This document shows positions 1 to 9,029 of a stretch of 64,000 nucleotides of DNA, piece by piece. The notes under the pieces are model-generated. The model was given only the letters and a program-made list of their open reading frames with translations. It was not told the DNA's origin and made no database searches. Position numbers and translations under genes: made by a program. Source of the stretch: Sphaerochaeta sp. UBA6084 (GTDB lineage Bacteria > Spirochaetota > Spirochaetia > Sphaerochaetales > Sphaerochaetaceae); NCBI GenBank assembly GCA_002428625.1, contig DIXI01000011.1:1-64000 (forward strand), read 5' to 3'. Numbering within the stretch: position 1 is the first letter of the stretch; the number at the start of each line of letters is the position of its first letter.

Positions 1-426
1 CTTCATATTGTCTGGCACGAATCTGACATGGTGCTCATGGATTTTCCGATGGAAGGGCGTCTGTATACCGCGCATCAGCTGGTAGAGCAGGACAACAACC
101 ATGTGGCTGTCCAACGTGGACCGGTGCTTTATTGCATCGAGTCGTGCGATTTCCCTGATGAGCGGGTGTTCCAGCAAGCCGCCATCCTCAATCCTCCTCG
201 GTTCTCCACCGAGACCATGGTGATGGATGGCTTGAAGGTGGTTACCCTCCGGGCAGATGGCTTGTGGCTGGAGAACGATTCCGATCCATCCCGGGAACAA
301 TTGTACCAAGGGCTCTCGTATCATGCGCCACGACCCTTGCGGATGCGGCTGGTTCCGTACTTCACCTGGGACAACCGGGGTTTCCATGCTATGAAAGTGT
401 GGATCCCGGTACAATTCAAACAGTAA
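1..426 (+). CDS. C-terminal fragment of a glycoside hydrolase (GH127/DUF1680-like, beta-L-arabinofuranosidase family); the 5' end lies outside the window
   Basis: The reading frame is open from position 1 with no stop. The C-terminal motif 'VPYFTWDNRG...MKVWIP' resembles the conserved GH127 C-terminus. It is immediately followed by a rhamnosidase gene. Confidence 0.5.
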   Translation, partial: LHIVWHESDMVLMDFPMEGRLYTAHQLVEQDNNHVAVQRGPVLYCIESCDFPDERVFQQAAILNPPRFSTETMVMDGLKVVTLRADGLWLENDSDPSREQLYQGLSYHAPRPLRMRLVPYFTWDNRGFHAMKVWIPVQFKQ

Positions 427-440
427 CATAAGAGGAAGCT

Positions 441-3104
441 ATGCATATCACCGACATCCGCATCGAATACCTTAAGAACCCGATGGGTTTGGACACACGC
501 ACCCCGGAGATTTCCTGGAAGCTCGCCAGTGACAGGCAGGGGGACAGGCAGACCGCCTACCATCTGGTGGTCTCAACGCAAGACCGGCTGAAAGTGGTGC
601 TGGACACCGGCAAGGTCGCAAGTGGAGAGAACCGCTTGAGGGCGACCGGTACGGAAGCCTGGGAAAGCCACACCCGCTACCTCGTGGAGCTGGTTGCATA
701 CGATGCAGAGGGAACGATGAGCGCTCCCGGTACCGCCACCTTCTCCATAGGTTTTTTGGATGCATTTGGCGACCATGCCCAGTGGATCACCCAACCCGAT
801 CCAAACCGGTTCTCACAGGTGGTGTTGTGGGTGACAGGCGGCTTGGATGGCTCCAAGGTGAATGATGCCAAAGGTTTATGCCACGGCATCTACCTCCGGA
901 AGGGATTCCAGGTGGTAAAAGAAATCCGCGAGGCAACCTTGTACGTATGTGGCTTGGGATTCAACCATACCTATCTCAATGGAAATAAATTGGGAACCGC
1001 GGTGCTCGACCCTGCCCAGACCGACTACCACCAAGGAGCGTTGTACAGCACGTACGATGCCACAGCGCTGCTGCATCAGGGATTCAATACCTGGATGCTG
1101 GTCTTGGGCAATGGACGGCATATCAAGGCCTATGGCTACGATCCAACCCCCCGCGGTATCGGTTTGCTGCATATCGTCCACACAGATGGCAGCGAAAGCC
1201 TTGTCCGCACGGATGAGTCGTGGTTGTCCTGCAGCGGGCCTATCCAGGAGAACAGCATCTACGAGGGTGAGACCTACGATGCCCGCAAGGCGCATACGGG
1301 TTGGGAATTTGAGAAATTCGATACCTCCAGCTGGAAGCCAGCGGTGAAAACCGAGGGCTACAGCCTGCATGCCCAGACCCTGCCCCCGGTGACAGTGACC
1401 GAAACCCGTACCCCGGTGTCTATGAACCGCACGTCCAAGGGCGATTGGATCATCGATTTCGGCCAAAACATGTCCGCCTTGCTTGAGGTAGTGGTCCGTG
1501 GCGCTGAATCCGGTCGCAAGCTCTCTCTAAAATTCTCGGAACTACTGGACACTGAAGGCAATCTGCTTACCGCCACCAGCCGTGAAGCGAACACCGAGGA
1601 CCGCTACATCTGCGCGGGAACGGAATCCGAGACCTGGCTACCCTCCTTCACCTACCATGGCTTCCGCTTCGCCCAATTGTCCAACTACCCTGGCGAACCG
1701 CAGATCGGCGACATCCGCGCGTTGGTAGTGCACACCGCCTTGGAACGGGTTGGACAGTTCACCTGTTCCGACCCCTTGCTCAACCGGATCCACGACATGG
1801 TGCAATGGTCGCAGCGGGCCAATGTGATGGGGATCCCTACCGATTGTCCGCAGCGTGAGGAACGCATGGGCTGGCTGGGGGATGTCCAACTGGTGAGCGA
1901 GCAGGCCATGTACAATTACGACATGGCAGCCTTCTATCGGAAATTCCTACGCGACATCAAGGTATCGCAGACCCCGGAAGGAACGCTCTCCGATGTCACC
2001 CCCGCCTATTGGTCGCTGTATCCAGCCGATCCCGCCTGGGGTTCCGCTTATCCCACCCTACTGTGGGCGATGTATTCCCAGTATGGCGCGATTGCCGTGC
2101 TTGAGGACCATTTCGCCGGAGTACGCGCCTATGTGGACGACCTCTTTGGCCGGACCAAAGAGGGTGTGCTGCGGGATTTTGGCAAGTATGGCGACTGGTG
2201 CCCTCCAGCCTCCACTTTTCCCAAGCAAACCCCCATCGATGTCACTTCCACGTGGCACTTGTACAAGGACACCCTCACGGTGCGCGATATCTGCAAGGTG
2301 CTAGGCAAGGATGCCGAGTACCGTTTGTACGCCGCACGGACCGAATCGCTAAGGGAATCGTTCAACAAGGCCTTCAACAACCAGGGACAGTACGCCACCA
2401 CGCGCATGAGCCCCATCGACAAATCGGCCGGCATGACCAGCCAGACCCTTCCGCTCGCCCTTGGAATGGTGCCCGCGGCCGACCGGGAGAAAGCCGCTAA
2501 GCTGCTGATCGATGTCATCCAGCGACGGTTCGATTACCATGTCGATACCGGAATCGTAGGCACGAGGTATCTGTTCGATGTCCTTGATGCACTTGGCAGG
2601 TCAGATATTGCGCTGAAGATCATCTCGCAACGCACCTATCCTTCGTGGGGCTACATGCTTGAAATGGGAGCGACCACTGTATGGGAGCGTTGGGAATATC
2701 TGGCGGGGATGGGGATGAACAGCCACAACCATGTCATGTTCGGCTCGGTTGATGCCTGGTTCTACAAGACCCTGTGCGGGCTCAGTCCCTTGGATTCCCG
2801 CTGGACTTCCATCCTGGCCCGGCCTTATATCCCTGCCAGCCTTTCGTCCGCATCGGCTTCGGTGGATACTCCGCACGGCCCCGTCGTCCTCGCATGGCAC
2901 AAAGACACTCAGGACATAGTGATGGAGGTGCAGGTTCCTGTTGGCGCCCGGCTCACCTTGCGGCTTGACCGGTGCCCCGCCTGCCTCTCGGCAACGCTCA
3001 CTCCTTTGGGGGCTAGCTCCTCTACTCCCATCGGTCAAGGTGGCGAGACCTTGCTGGAGCATGGTTCCTATACGGTCACGTTGAAACTGCCAACGCAAGC
3101 CTGA
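441..3104 (+). CDS. alpha-L-rhamnosidase (glycoside hydrolase family 78)
   Basis: An 887 aa ORF. The N-terminus 'ITDIRIEYLKNPMGLDTRTPEISWKL' and the motif 'DCPQREERMGWLGDVQL' are characteristic of bacterial GH78 rhamnosidases. An RBS-like 'aagaggaag' precedes the ATG. Confidence 0.85.
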   Translation: MHITDIRIEYLKNPMGLDTRTPEISWKLASDRQGDRQTAYHLVVSTQDRLKVVLDTGKVASGENRLRATGTEAWESHTRYLVELVAYDAEGTMSAPGTATFSIGFLDAFGDHAQWITQPDPNRFSQVVLWVTGGLDGSKVNDAKGLCHGIYLRKGFQVVKEIREATLYVCGLGFNHTYLNGNKLGTAVLDPAQTDYHQGALYSTYDATALLHQGFNTWMLVLGNGRHIKAYGYDPTPRGIGLLHIVHTDGSESLVRTDESWLSCSGPIQENSIYEGETYDARKAHTGWEFEKFDTSSWKPAVKTEGYSLHAQTLPPVTVTETRTPVSMNRTSKGDWIIDFGQNMSALLEVVVRGAESGRKLSLKFSELLDTEGNLLTATSREANTEDRYICAGTESETWLPSFTYHGFRFAQLSNYPGEPQIGDIRALVVHTALERVGQFTCSDPLLNRIHDMVQWSQRANVMGIPTDCPQREERMGWLGDVQLVSEQAMYNYDMAAFYRKFLRDIKVSQTPEGTLSDVTPAYWSLYPADPAWGSAYPTLLWAMYSQYGAIAVLEDHFAGVRAYVDDLFGRTKEGVLRDFGKYGDWCPPASTFPKQTPIDVTSTWHLYKDTLTVRDICKVLGKDAEYRLYAARTESLRESFNKAFNNQGQYATTRMSPIDKSAGMTSQTLPLALGMVPAADREKAAKLLIDVIQRRFDYHVDTGIVGTRYLFDVLDALGRSDIALKIISQRTYPSWGYMLEMGATTVWERWEYLAGMGMNSHNHVMFGSVDAWFYKTLCGLSPLDSRWTSILARPYIPASLSSASASVDTPHGPVVLAWHKDTQDIVMEVQVPVGARLTLRLDRCPACLSATLTPLGASSSTPIGQGGETLLEHGSYTVTLKLPTQA

Positions 3105-3945
3105 GCGAAGCCACCCGCACATCCTTAAGATCCGAACGGGAAGTGAGCACGATGGGGATACGCGCACCCATCACGATTCCCGCGGAGGTTGACCCAGGAT
3201 AGGCAGTGAGAGCCTTAAGGGTGGGATTCGCGGCATCGAGGTTGGGCAGCAGCAGGATGTCGGCATCGCCAGGGACTTCCCCAAGCAGACCTTTGATGTG
3301 CGCAGCACGGGCGCTGAGCGCCACATCGAGGGCGAAAGGACCCTCGACCACGGCATTTTCAAACACCGACGTATTGCGTTGGAGGAACACCAGCTGGGCA
3401 GCATCGGTGGTTGATGGGATGCGGGGATTGACAGTCTCCACCGGACAGACGACCGCGACCTTGGGTTGGACCACCCCGAGGGCCCGGGCCACCCGGATCG
3501 CATTCTTCACCATACCCACCTTACGGTCGAAATCGGGCTGGATATTGATGGCGGCATCGGTGATCAGCAATGGTTTGGGATACCAGGGAAGCTCCACCCG
3601 GGCCACATGGCTGAGCACGCCGCCCTCAGGCAGCAAGCCCATCTCCTTATTCAGGATACAGCGCACGAAATCGGCGGTATGCACAGAACCCTTCATGAGA
3701 ACCTGCACGGTTCCCGCCACCACAGCCTCGGTCGCCAGCAGGGCCGCCTGCTCGTCATCATGAGTTGGCACGATGATGGAATTCGCAAGATCGATATTCA
3801 ACTGGCCAGCGATTTCGCAGATACGATCCTGGTCTCCAAAGAGCAGGAAGTCCACAAGGTGCTCTTCTCGCAATTCCGCCATGCAGAGCAGACTTTCGGC
3901 ATGTGCCGCGCCTACGATAGCCACTGTCTTGGTATATTCATGCAT
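3076..3945 (-). CDS. ptb: phosphate butyryltransferase / phosphate acyltransferase (Ptb family)
   Basis: 289 aa with phosphate acetyl/butyryltransferase family similarity. Its start overlaps the stop of the upstream butyrate kinase by 8 nt. It is the last gene of the oxidoreductase-buk operon. Confidence 0.75.
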   Translation of the reverse strand: MHEYTKTVAIVGAAHAESLLCMAELREEHLVDFLLFGDQDRICEIAGQLNIDLANSIIVPTHDDEQAALLATEAVVAGTVQVLMKGSVHTADFVRCILNKEMGLLPEGGVLSHVARVELPWYPKPLLITDAAINIQPDFDRKVGMVKNAIRVARALGVVQPKVAVVCPVETVNPRIPSTTDAAQLVFLQRNTSVFENAVVEGPFALDVALSARAAHIKGLLGEVPGDADILLLPNLDAANPTLKALTAYPGSTSAGIVMGARIPIVLTSRSDLKDVRVASLRLALAVST

Positions 3946-5062
3946 AGTCCATCACCTCCTGTTCTCCTTGGAGAACCGCTTGTGCGTTCTGAGCCAGCGA
4001 GAGCATCTCCCGTTCACCAGGTATCACATACACAGGGGCTAGATAGCTTATCCGCGCCTGTATCATCCCCATCATCTCATCGTAATAGGCCAACCCGCCG
4101 GTTATCACCACCGCATCCACCCGGCCTTCCAGCACTGCGCCATGGGCTGCGATTTCCTTGCTGATCTGGTAAACCAGAGCACGTAGATAGAATTCCGCGA
4201 CGGTATCCCCACCTGCGATCCGATCACGCAATACCCGGGTGTCACGGGTGCCGCAGTAGGCCAGAAGGCCCCCCTCCCCCGTGATTCTCTTGCGGAGCTG
4301 CTCCGGTGTGTACTTCCCGCCAAGTGCCAGACGGACAAGATCGCCAGCCGGAAGACCTCCGGAACGCTCCGGAGAAAACGGCCCGTCGCCATCCAAGGCA
4401 TTGTTGACATCAATGACCTTTCCATAACGGTGGGACCCGATGGAAACGCCCCCGCCGAGGTGGGCGACAATCAGACGGAGGTCCTCATACCGGGCGCCAA
4501 GCTGCTTTGCTACCTCCCGGGCGACATGTTTGTGATTGAGCGCATGGAAAATGCTCTTGCGTTCGATGTCGGGGATTCCAGAGACACGGGCTTCGTCGAT
4601 AAGTTCGTCCACCACCACTGGGTCGGCTATGCAGGACTGGCAGCCAAACTCGTTGGCTATGGCATCGGCAAGCAACGCGCCGAGATTGCTGGCATGCTCT
4701 CCATAGCGGGCGGCAAGCAAATCGCTCTTCATCTGGACGCCCACCCTGTACACACCACCCACCAGAGGATGCAACAAGCCCCCACGGCCCATCACCATCG
4801 CAAGCGATCCGGGGTTCACTTCATGGGTTTCCAAGAAGGCCCGGACCAAGTGCAGACGGAATTCCAGTTGGTCAGCCACCCGCGGAAATTTAGCCAGCGT
4901 CGACACCTCATGGTCGATGGTCTCTGCTGCGAGTTCATCCAGCGCGTGGTACAACGCCAGCTTGGTGGTGGTGGAACCAGGATTGATCGCCAGCACAAGT
5001 TGTCTTCGCAGCACCGGAGAACCTCCTAAGCTGATGATGGACGGGTCATCGCCTGATGTCAA
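3938..5062 (-). CDS. buk: butyrate (branched-chain fatty acid) kinase
   Basis: 374 aa with an acetate/butyrate kinase fold. 'LAINPGSTTTKLALY' is the N-terminal ATP-binding motif of butyrate kinases. ATGA overlap with the upstream oxidoreductase gene indicates translational coupling. Confidence 0.85.
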   Translation of the reverse strand: MTSGDDPSIISLGGSPVLRRQLVLAINPGSTTTKLALYHALDELAAETIDHEVSTLAKFPRVADQLEFRLHLVRAFLETHEVNPGSLAMVMGRGGLLHPLVGGVYRVGVQMKSDLLAARYGEHASNLGALLADAIANEFGCQSCIADPVVVDELIDEARVSGIPDIERKSIFHALNHKHVAREVAKQLGARYEDLRLIVAHLGGGVSIGSHRYGKVIDVNNALDGDGPFSPERSGGLPAGDLVRLALGGKYTPEQLRKRITGEGGLLAYCGTRDTRVLRDRIAGGDTVAEFYLRALVYQISKEIAAHGAVLEGRVDAVVITGGLAYYDEMMGMIQARISYLAPVYVIPGEREMLSLAQNAQAVLQGEQEVMDYA

Positions 5063-6540
5063 CCGTTTTCGCTTCCAGCCGAGCCATCCGATTCATCCGA
5101 GCCAGCCGAGCCAGCGGTCCTGACGCAATGGTCCAAGACCTTCTCCACCAGCGCGAGGTTTTGGTTGAGGTAGGCTTTCTTTCGGAGCACCAAGGGGATG
5201 CAACGGCGCAACGTCTCGATAGAGAAGGCTTTGGTGATGTACAGATAGGCGGTGACCATCACCACATTCGCAGCTGAGAGCAAGCCCTCCTGCCGCGCGA
5301 GCTCCGTCGCAGGAATATACACCACCCGCACATCCGTACGGGAGACTTTGCGGGTGACTATCGCCGAATTCACGAGAATGAGGCCTCCCGGAGCCACCGC
5401 GTCCTCGAAGGCATCGAGAGAAGGACCGTTCATGGCGATGAATACATTCGGATGATCCACCAAGGGAGATCCGATATCGTCTTCAGATAAAATGACGCTC
5501 ACATTGGCGCTGCCTCCCCGCATCTCAGGGCCATACGAGGGCAGCCAGGATACTTGGATTCCTTCCGACATGCCGCAGGTGGCCAGCAATTCACCAGCGG
5601 ACAGCACCCCCTGCCCCCCGAATCCAGCGACTTTTATCAGCTGGGTATGAGGCAGAGGGGAACTGCGTTGGACGGGGACCTCGGAGGCGCCTCGAAGCAA
5701 CTCCCTAAGCTTGTCATCATCCATCGGCGAGTGGAATTTACCAGGGTCCACAGCTACCAAATGGGTGGTGACATCCTTGTATACACCAAGGGGGAAAAGC
5801 ACGGCGAGCTGCTCCTGCATCCATACCCTGGACTCAACCGGGTCCATCCCCCAGTTGGTGGGGCAGGGACTGAGTATCTCAATGAAGGAAAAGCCCAATT
5901 TGTCCACTTGGTTCTGCAAGCTCTTGAGGATGACCTTGCGGGCTTTCAACACATCTTTAGCAGTGGCTACAGAACAGCGCTCCACATACACAGGCGCGCT
6001 GAGAGAGGCGATAAGCTCAGCCATGCCCATCGGGCGGCCGTCCCTCAGGACTTCGCGGCCGAAGGGAGAGGTGGGTGTTTTCTGACCCATGGGCGTGGTG
6101 GGGGCCATCTGGCCTCCGGTCATACCATAGATGGCATTGTTCACAAAGATGACGGTGATGTTCTCACCTCGATTGGCGGCATGCACAATCTCGGTCATCC
6201 CGATTCCTGCTAAATCGCCATCGCCCTGATAGCTTATGATAACCGCTTCGGGCAATGTACGCCGCACCCCTGTAGCCACAGCCGGAGCTCGGCCATGCGA
6301 GCATTGGATGTTTCCTGTATCGTAGTAGTAGTAGGAAAACACCGAGCACCCCACCGGGGATAGGAACACGGTCTTGTCCTGGATCTCCAGCTCGTCGATG
6401 CAGTCGGCGATCAGCTTTTGGATGGTTCCGTGTCCACAGCCAGGGCAATAATGGGTGACTTTGTCGCCGCTTCCCTTACGCTCGAAGGTATCGTAAAAAG
6501 CCTTTGCTTTTGAAAATCTCACCTCGGTCCGTTCAGACAT
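5059..6540 (-). CDS. 2-oxoacid:ferredoxin oxidoreductase, fused beta (TPP-binding) and gamma subunits
   Basis: The N-terminal half has the beta-subunit TPP-binding Cys motifs ('HYCPGCGHG'). The C-terminal half matches the gamma subunit ('GFGGQGVLSAGELLA'). The start was chosen at 'MSERTEV' (6540), overlapping the alpha-subunit stop by 8 nt. The longest ORF extends to 6675 but would overlap the alpha subunit by 143 nt. Confidence 0.8.
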   Translation of the reverse strand: MSERTEVRFSKAKAFYDTFERKGSGDKVTHYCPGCGHGTIQKLIADCIDELEIQDKTVFLSPVGCSVFSYYYYDTGNIQCSHGRAPAVATGVRRTLPEAVIISYQGDGDLAGIGMTEIVHAANRGENITVIFVNNAIYGMTGGQMAPTTPMGQKTPTSPFGREVLRDGRPMGMAELIASLSAPVYVERCSVATAKDVLKARKVILKSLQNQVDKLGFSFIEILSPCPTNWGMDPVESRVWMQEQLAVLFPLGVYKDVTTHLVAVDPGKFHSPMDDDKLRELLRGASEVPVQRSSPLPHTQLIKVAGFGGQGVLSAGELLATCGMSEGIQVSWLPSYGPEMRGGSANVSVILSEDDIGSPLVDHPNVFIAMNGPSLDAFEDAVAPGGLILVNSAIVTRKVSRTDVRVVYIPATELARQEGLLSAANVVMVTAYLYITKAFSIETLRRCIPLVLRKKAYLNQNLALVEKVLDHCVRTAGSAGSDESDGSAGSENG

Positions 6541-7606
6541 TCGATAGCCCTCCCGAGCGCACCATAAGGTCGCGTTCCACGTTGGCGATAAGCTCCTGTA
6601 CGGTGGGAGTCTCACCTCCCATGGTAAGATAACGCAGGACCGTCGTTCGTCCACGCACATGGAGCTCCACATCATCGGCCATCATGCCGCTGCTCAGTTC
6701 CACCACCGCGAGCGTCTTGCCTTGTTCCGCTAACTCCCTGATGCGTTCTTTTGGGAACGGAAAGAGGGTCTTGGGCCTCATCAACCCCACCTTCACGCCT
6801 TTCTCACGCAAGGCATGCACCGTGGAAAGGCAGATGCGGGCGGATATGCCATAGGCAATGAACACCAGGTCGGCATCTTCGGTTTGAATATCTTGATAAT
6901 CAACCTGCTCGCGCTCGAGCTGGCGGTAGAGGTCCTGCAGCAGCTCGTTGTGCTTGCGTTGCAGCGGGGGATTCATGTAGATGGAGGAGATGAGATTGGG
7001 ACGGCTGGCCGCATCGCCATAGACAGCCCAATCCTTGCGAGTGCCATGCAGCACGGGGCCTGATATCTCCACCGGTTCCATCATCTGCCCGATATAGGCA
7101 TCGCTGAGGATGAATACCGTCATGCGGTACTGGTCGGCCAAGGTGAAGGCTTTCCGGGTGAAGTCGAACATCTCCTGGGCGGAGGACGGGGCGAGCACTA
7201 GATTGGAGTAATTTCCGTGGCCGCCACCTTTGATCACCATATTGTAGTCGCTTTGTTCCGGCCAGATGTTTCCCAGCCCGGGGCCGGCCCGCTGCATATC
7301 GATGACCACCGAAGGGAGCCTCGCGCCGGCGAGATAGGATAGACCCTCGCCCATCAGCGCGATGCCTGGTCCGGAAGAAGCCGTCATCACCCGGGCACCG
7401 GCGCTGGCCGCACCATACAGCATGTTGATAACACTGACTTCCGACTCCGCCTGCATGAAAACCCTACCCGCTGAGGTGAAATAAAAAGCCGCGGCCTGGG
7501 CGATCTCGCTAGCTGGTGTGATGGGATAGCCGAAGAAATGGGTGCAACCGCCCATCAGCGCGCCATGGACCGCAGCTTCATTACCCTTCATCAAGCGTTT
7601 GCCCAT
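6533..7606 (-). CDS. 2-oxoacid:ferredoxin oxidoreductase alpha subunit
   Basis: 357 aa. 'MKGNEAAVHGALMGGCTHFFGYPITPASEI' is the canonical alpha-subunit N-terminus of the PFOR/VOR/KOR family. Confidence 0.8.
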   Translation of the reverse strand: MGKRLMKGNEAAVHGALMGGCTHFFGYPITPASEIAQAAAFYFTSAGRVFMQAESEVSVINMLYGAASAGARVMTASSGPGIALMGEGLSYLAGARLPSVVIDMQRAGPGLGNIWPEQSDYNMVIKGGGHGNYSNLVLAPSSAQEMFDFTRKAFTLADQYRMTVFILSDAYIGQMMEPVEISGPVLHGTRKDWAVYGDAASRPNLISSIYMNPPLQRKHNELLQDLYRQLEREQVDYQDIQTEDADLVFIAYGISARICLSTVHALREKGVKVGLMRPKTLFPFPKERIRELAEQGKTLAVVELSSGMMADDVELHVRGRTTVLRYLTMGGETPTVQELIANVERDLMVRSGGLSNV

Positions 7607-7607
7607 C

Positions 7608-7829
7608 TCACACCTCCTTGACGTCGGCCATCACGGTCAACGCGCCAGGTTCGGGACAGACACGGTAGCACATGCCGCAGGCTGTGCAGCGCCCCATTCC
7701 CACGAACACGACATGCTGGTATCCAATAGCGTTTATTTCATCACCAATCATAAGGCAATCGCGGGGGCAGGTTTCGACACAGACTCCACACCCCTTGCAT
7801 TCATCCTTGCAAATCTCCACATGGTTCAT
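7608..7829 (-). CDS. 2-oxoacid:ferredoxin oxidoreductase delta subunit (2x[4Fe-4S] ferredoxin)
   Basis: 73 aa with two CxxCxxCxxxCP motifs ('CKGCGVCVETCP', 'CTACGMCYRVCP'). It is the first gene of the operon and its stop abuts the alpha-subunit start. Confidence 0.75.
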   Translation of the reverse strand: MNHVEICKDECKGCGVCVETCPRDCLMIGDEINAIGYQHVVFVGMGRCTACGMCYRVCPEPGALTVMADVKEV

Positions 7830-8015
7830 GCGAGTCCTCCCGCTACCTGTGATGGCGAAGGCGTGACATAGTGAGAGAATTCCAATACGCGGCCCTCTTG
7901 ATAGTGGCGGATTATCATTTTCCTTCGTCCTGTATGTGTATAATACAACACTTTAGTCCACCTATGTTGTTATTTCCTCTAAAACAGTCAGGAACAGGCC
8001 TGCTATTCATTTAAT

Positions 8016-8041
8016 TTGACACTTTTGCCATTTTGTGTCAA
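8016..8041. promoter_or_regulatory. inverted repeat TTGACA-N14-TGTCAA in the divergent region between the oxidoreductase operon and the 8151 gene; candidate operator
   Basis: Arms TTGACA (8016-8021) and TGTCAA (8036-8041) flank a T-rich spacer. The same architecture recurs upstream of the acyl-CoA ligase gene at 8982-9006. Confidence 0.3.
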
Positions 8042-8150
8042 GTTTAATTATACCCGAAATAGTTCATGAGATTTTGGGAAGGATGATGGATGATGAAAGA
8101 ATCTAGTGGATAGACAGCAGGAACGTGGTATCATGGCAAGGTAGGAGAAT

Positions 8151-8912
8151 ATGGAGCAGGTCTGTATGCAGGAGTTGGGAAGCTATCAGCGAAAAGGCTT
8201 GGTCTCGGGGGGCATCGCGTTGGAATTGATCTTGAGCGTCCAACTCGGATTTGGTGTGATGCTTGTGGGGATATTGCTAGGGTTGCCTGTCTTTTTGAAC
8301 GTGGTTTTGCTGGTAGGCGCTATCACAGGCGTGCTGCATGTCTGTTCAGCCGAGATCAGCTACATTGTTGAATCAAGCGGCCTAACCCGCTCCATCCAGC
8401 CGAAGGTATTGAAATCCAGCCGGCTCTTTCGCCGAGAGCATGTCGTCTGGGAACGCATCGTCTGGTACACGGTGGACTACGACCGTAGCCGAAGTTGGCA
8501 AGCCTACCCGTATCTGCACGTCAAAGGTAAAAACCCTGCATTCCAGTGGCGGATCGCCGGGAAAAACATGCAGGACACCGCCTTTCGCCAGTTTGTGGAT
8601 GCTTTTATCCAGAATATACCTTCAATCAGTCCGGGCTATCACGAAGCCGATTCCGCATCTGCGCGACCACAACCAACCGGAGCCTCCAAAGCGTGCAACC
8701 CCTCCTCCGAGCCTCTCATCCGGCAGCGTGAAGGTTTCTACCGTACCCGTAAGGCAAAAGCGCTGGCCATTCTCTTTGTGGTGGCCGATTTCCTCTTGAT
8801 CGGCGGGGTTCTCACAGGGAGCATCGCCCTCAGTGCGACCAGTACCTACCGGCTGATCGCCGTCTTATTACCCGGGACAGCCTATATGCTGTATCGAACG
8901 CTACGAAAGTAA
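8151..8912 (+). CDS. hypothetical integral membrane protein (two N-terminal and two C-terminal hydrophobic helices)
   Basis: 253 aa ORF with an RBS 'aggtaggag' upstream. I recognise no conserved domain. Hydrophobic segments 'LELILSVQLGFGVMLVGILLGLPVFLNVVLLVGAITGVL' and 'ALAILFVVADFLLIGGVLTGSIAL' support a membrane location. Confidence 0.4.
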   Translation: MEQVCMQELGSYQRKGLVSGGIALELILSVQLGFGVMLVGILLGLPVFLNVVLLVGAITGVLHVCSAEISYIVESSGLTRSIQPKVLKSSRLFRREHVVWERIVWYTVDYDRSRSWQAYPYLHVKGKNPAFQWRIAGKNMQDTAFRQFVDAFIQNIPSISPGYHEADSASARPQPTGASKACNPSSEPLIRQREGFYRTRKAKALAILFVVADFLLIGGVLTGSIALSATSTYRLIAVLLPGTAYMLYRTLRK

Positions 8913-8981
8913 AGGAATTTATCTCAGAAATCCTTATGCCCTCTTTATCTATCAATAATTTTATAGTATATTGACTACACA

Positions 8982-9012
8982 TTGACAAATTTTGTTTTTA
9001 TGTCAATATTAT
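8982..9012 (+). promoter_or_regulatory. candidate sigma70-type promoter (-35 TTGACA, -10 TATTAT) embedded in inverted repeat TTGACA-N13-TGTCAA upstream of the acyl-CoA ligase
   Basis: -35 at 8982-8987 and -10 TATTAT at 9007-9012 (spacer about 19 nt). The inverted-repeat arms are 8982-8987 and 9001-9006. An RBS 'aagaggag' precedes the ATG at 9030. Confidence 0.35.
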
Positions 9013-9029
9013 AGATAAGAGGAGACGAC

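Noticed and set aside
472-3167. Multiple antisense and alternative-frame ORFs inside the rhamnosidase gene (e.g. 876..1466 -, 2129..2518 -, 2601..3167 -)
   Set aside because: They are typical GC-rich shadow ORFs, nested entirely within a well-supported 887-aa GH78 gene. They have biased composition (Arg/Ala/Gly-rich), no RBS and no recognisable domains.
5059-6675. Using the longest ORF (start 6675) for the fused beta/gamma oxidoreductase subunit
   Set aside because: It would overlap the alpha-subunit gene by 143 nt. The internal Met at 6540 gives the conserved beta-subunit N-terminus and an 8-nt coupling overlap, which is consistent with every other junction in the operon.
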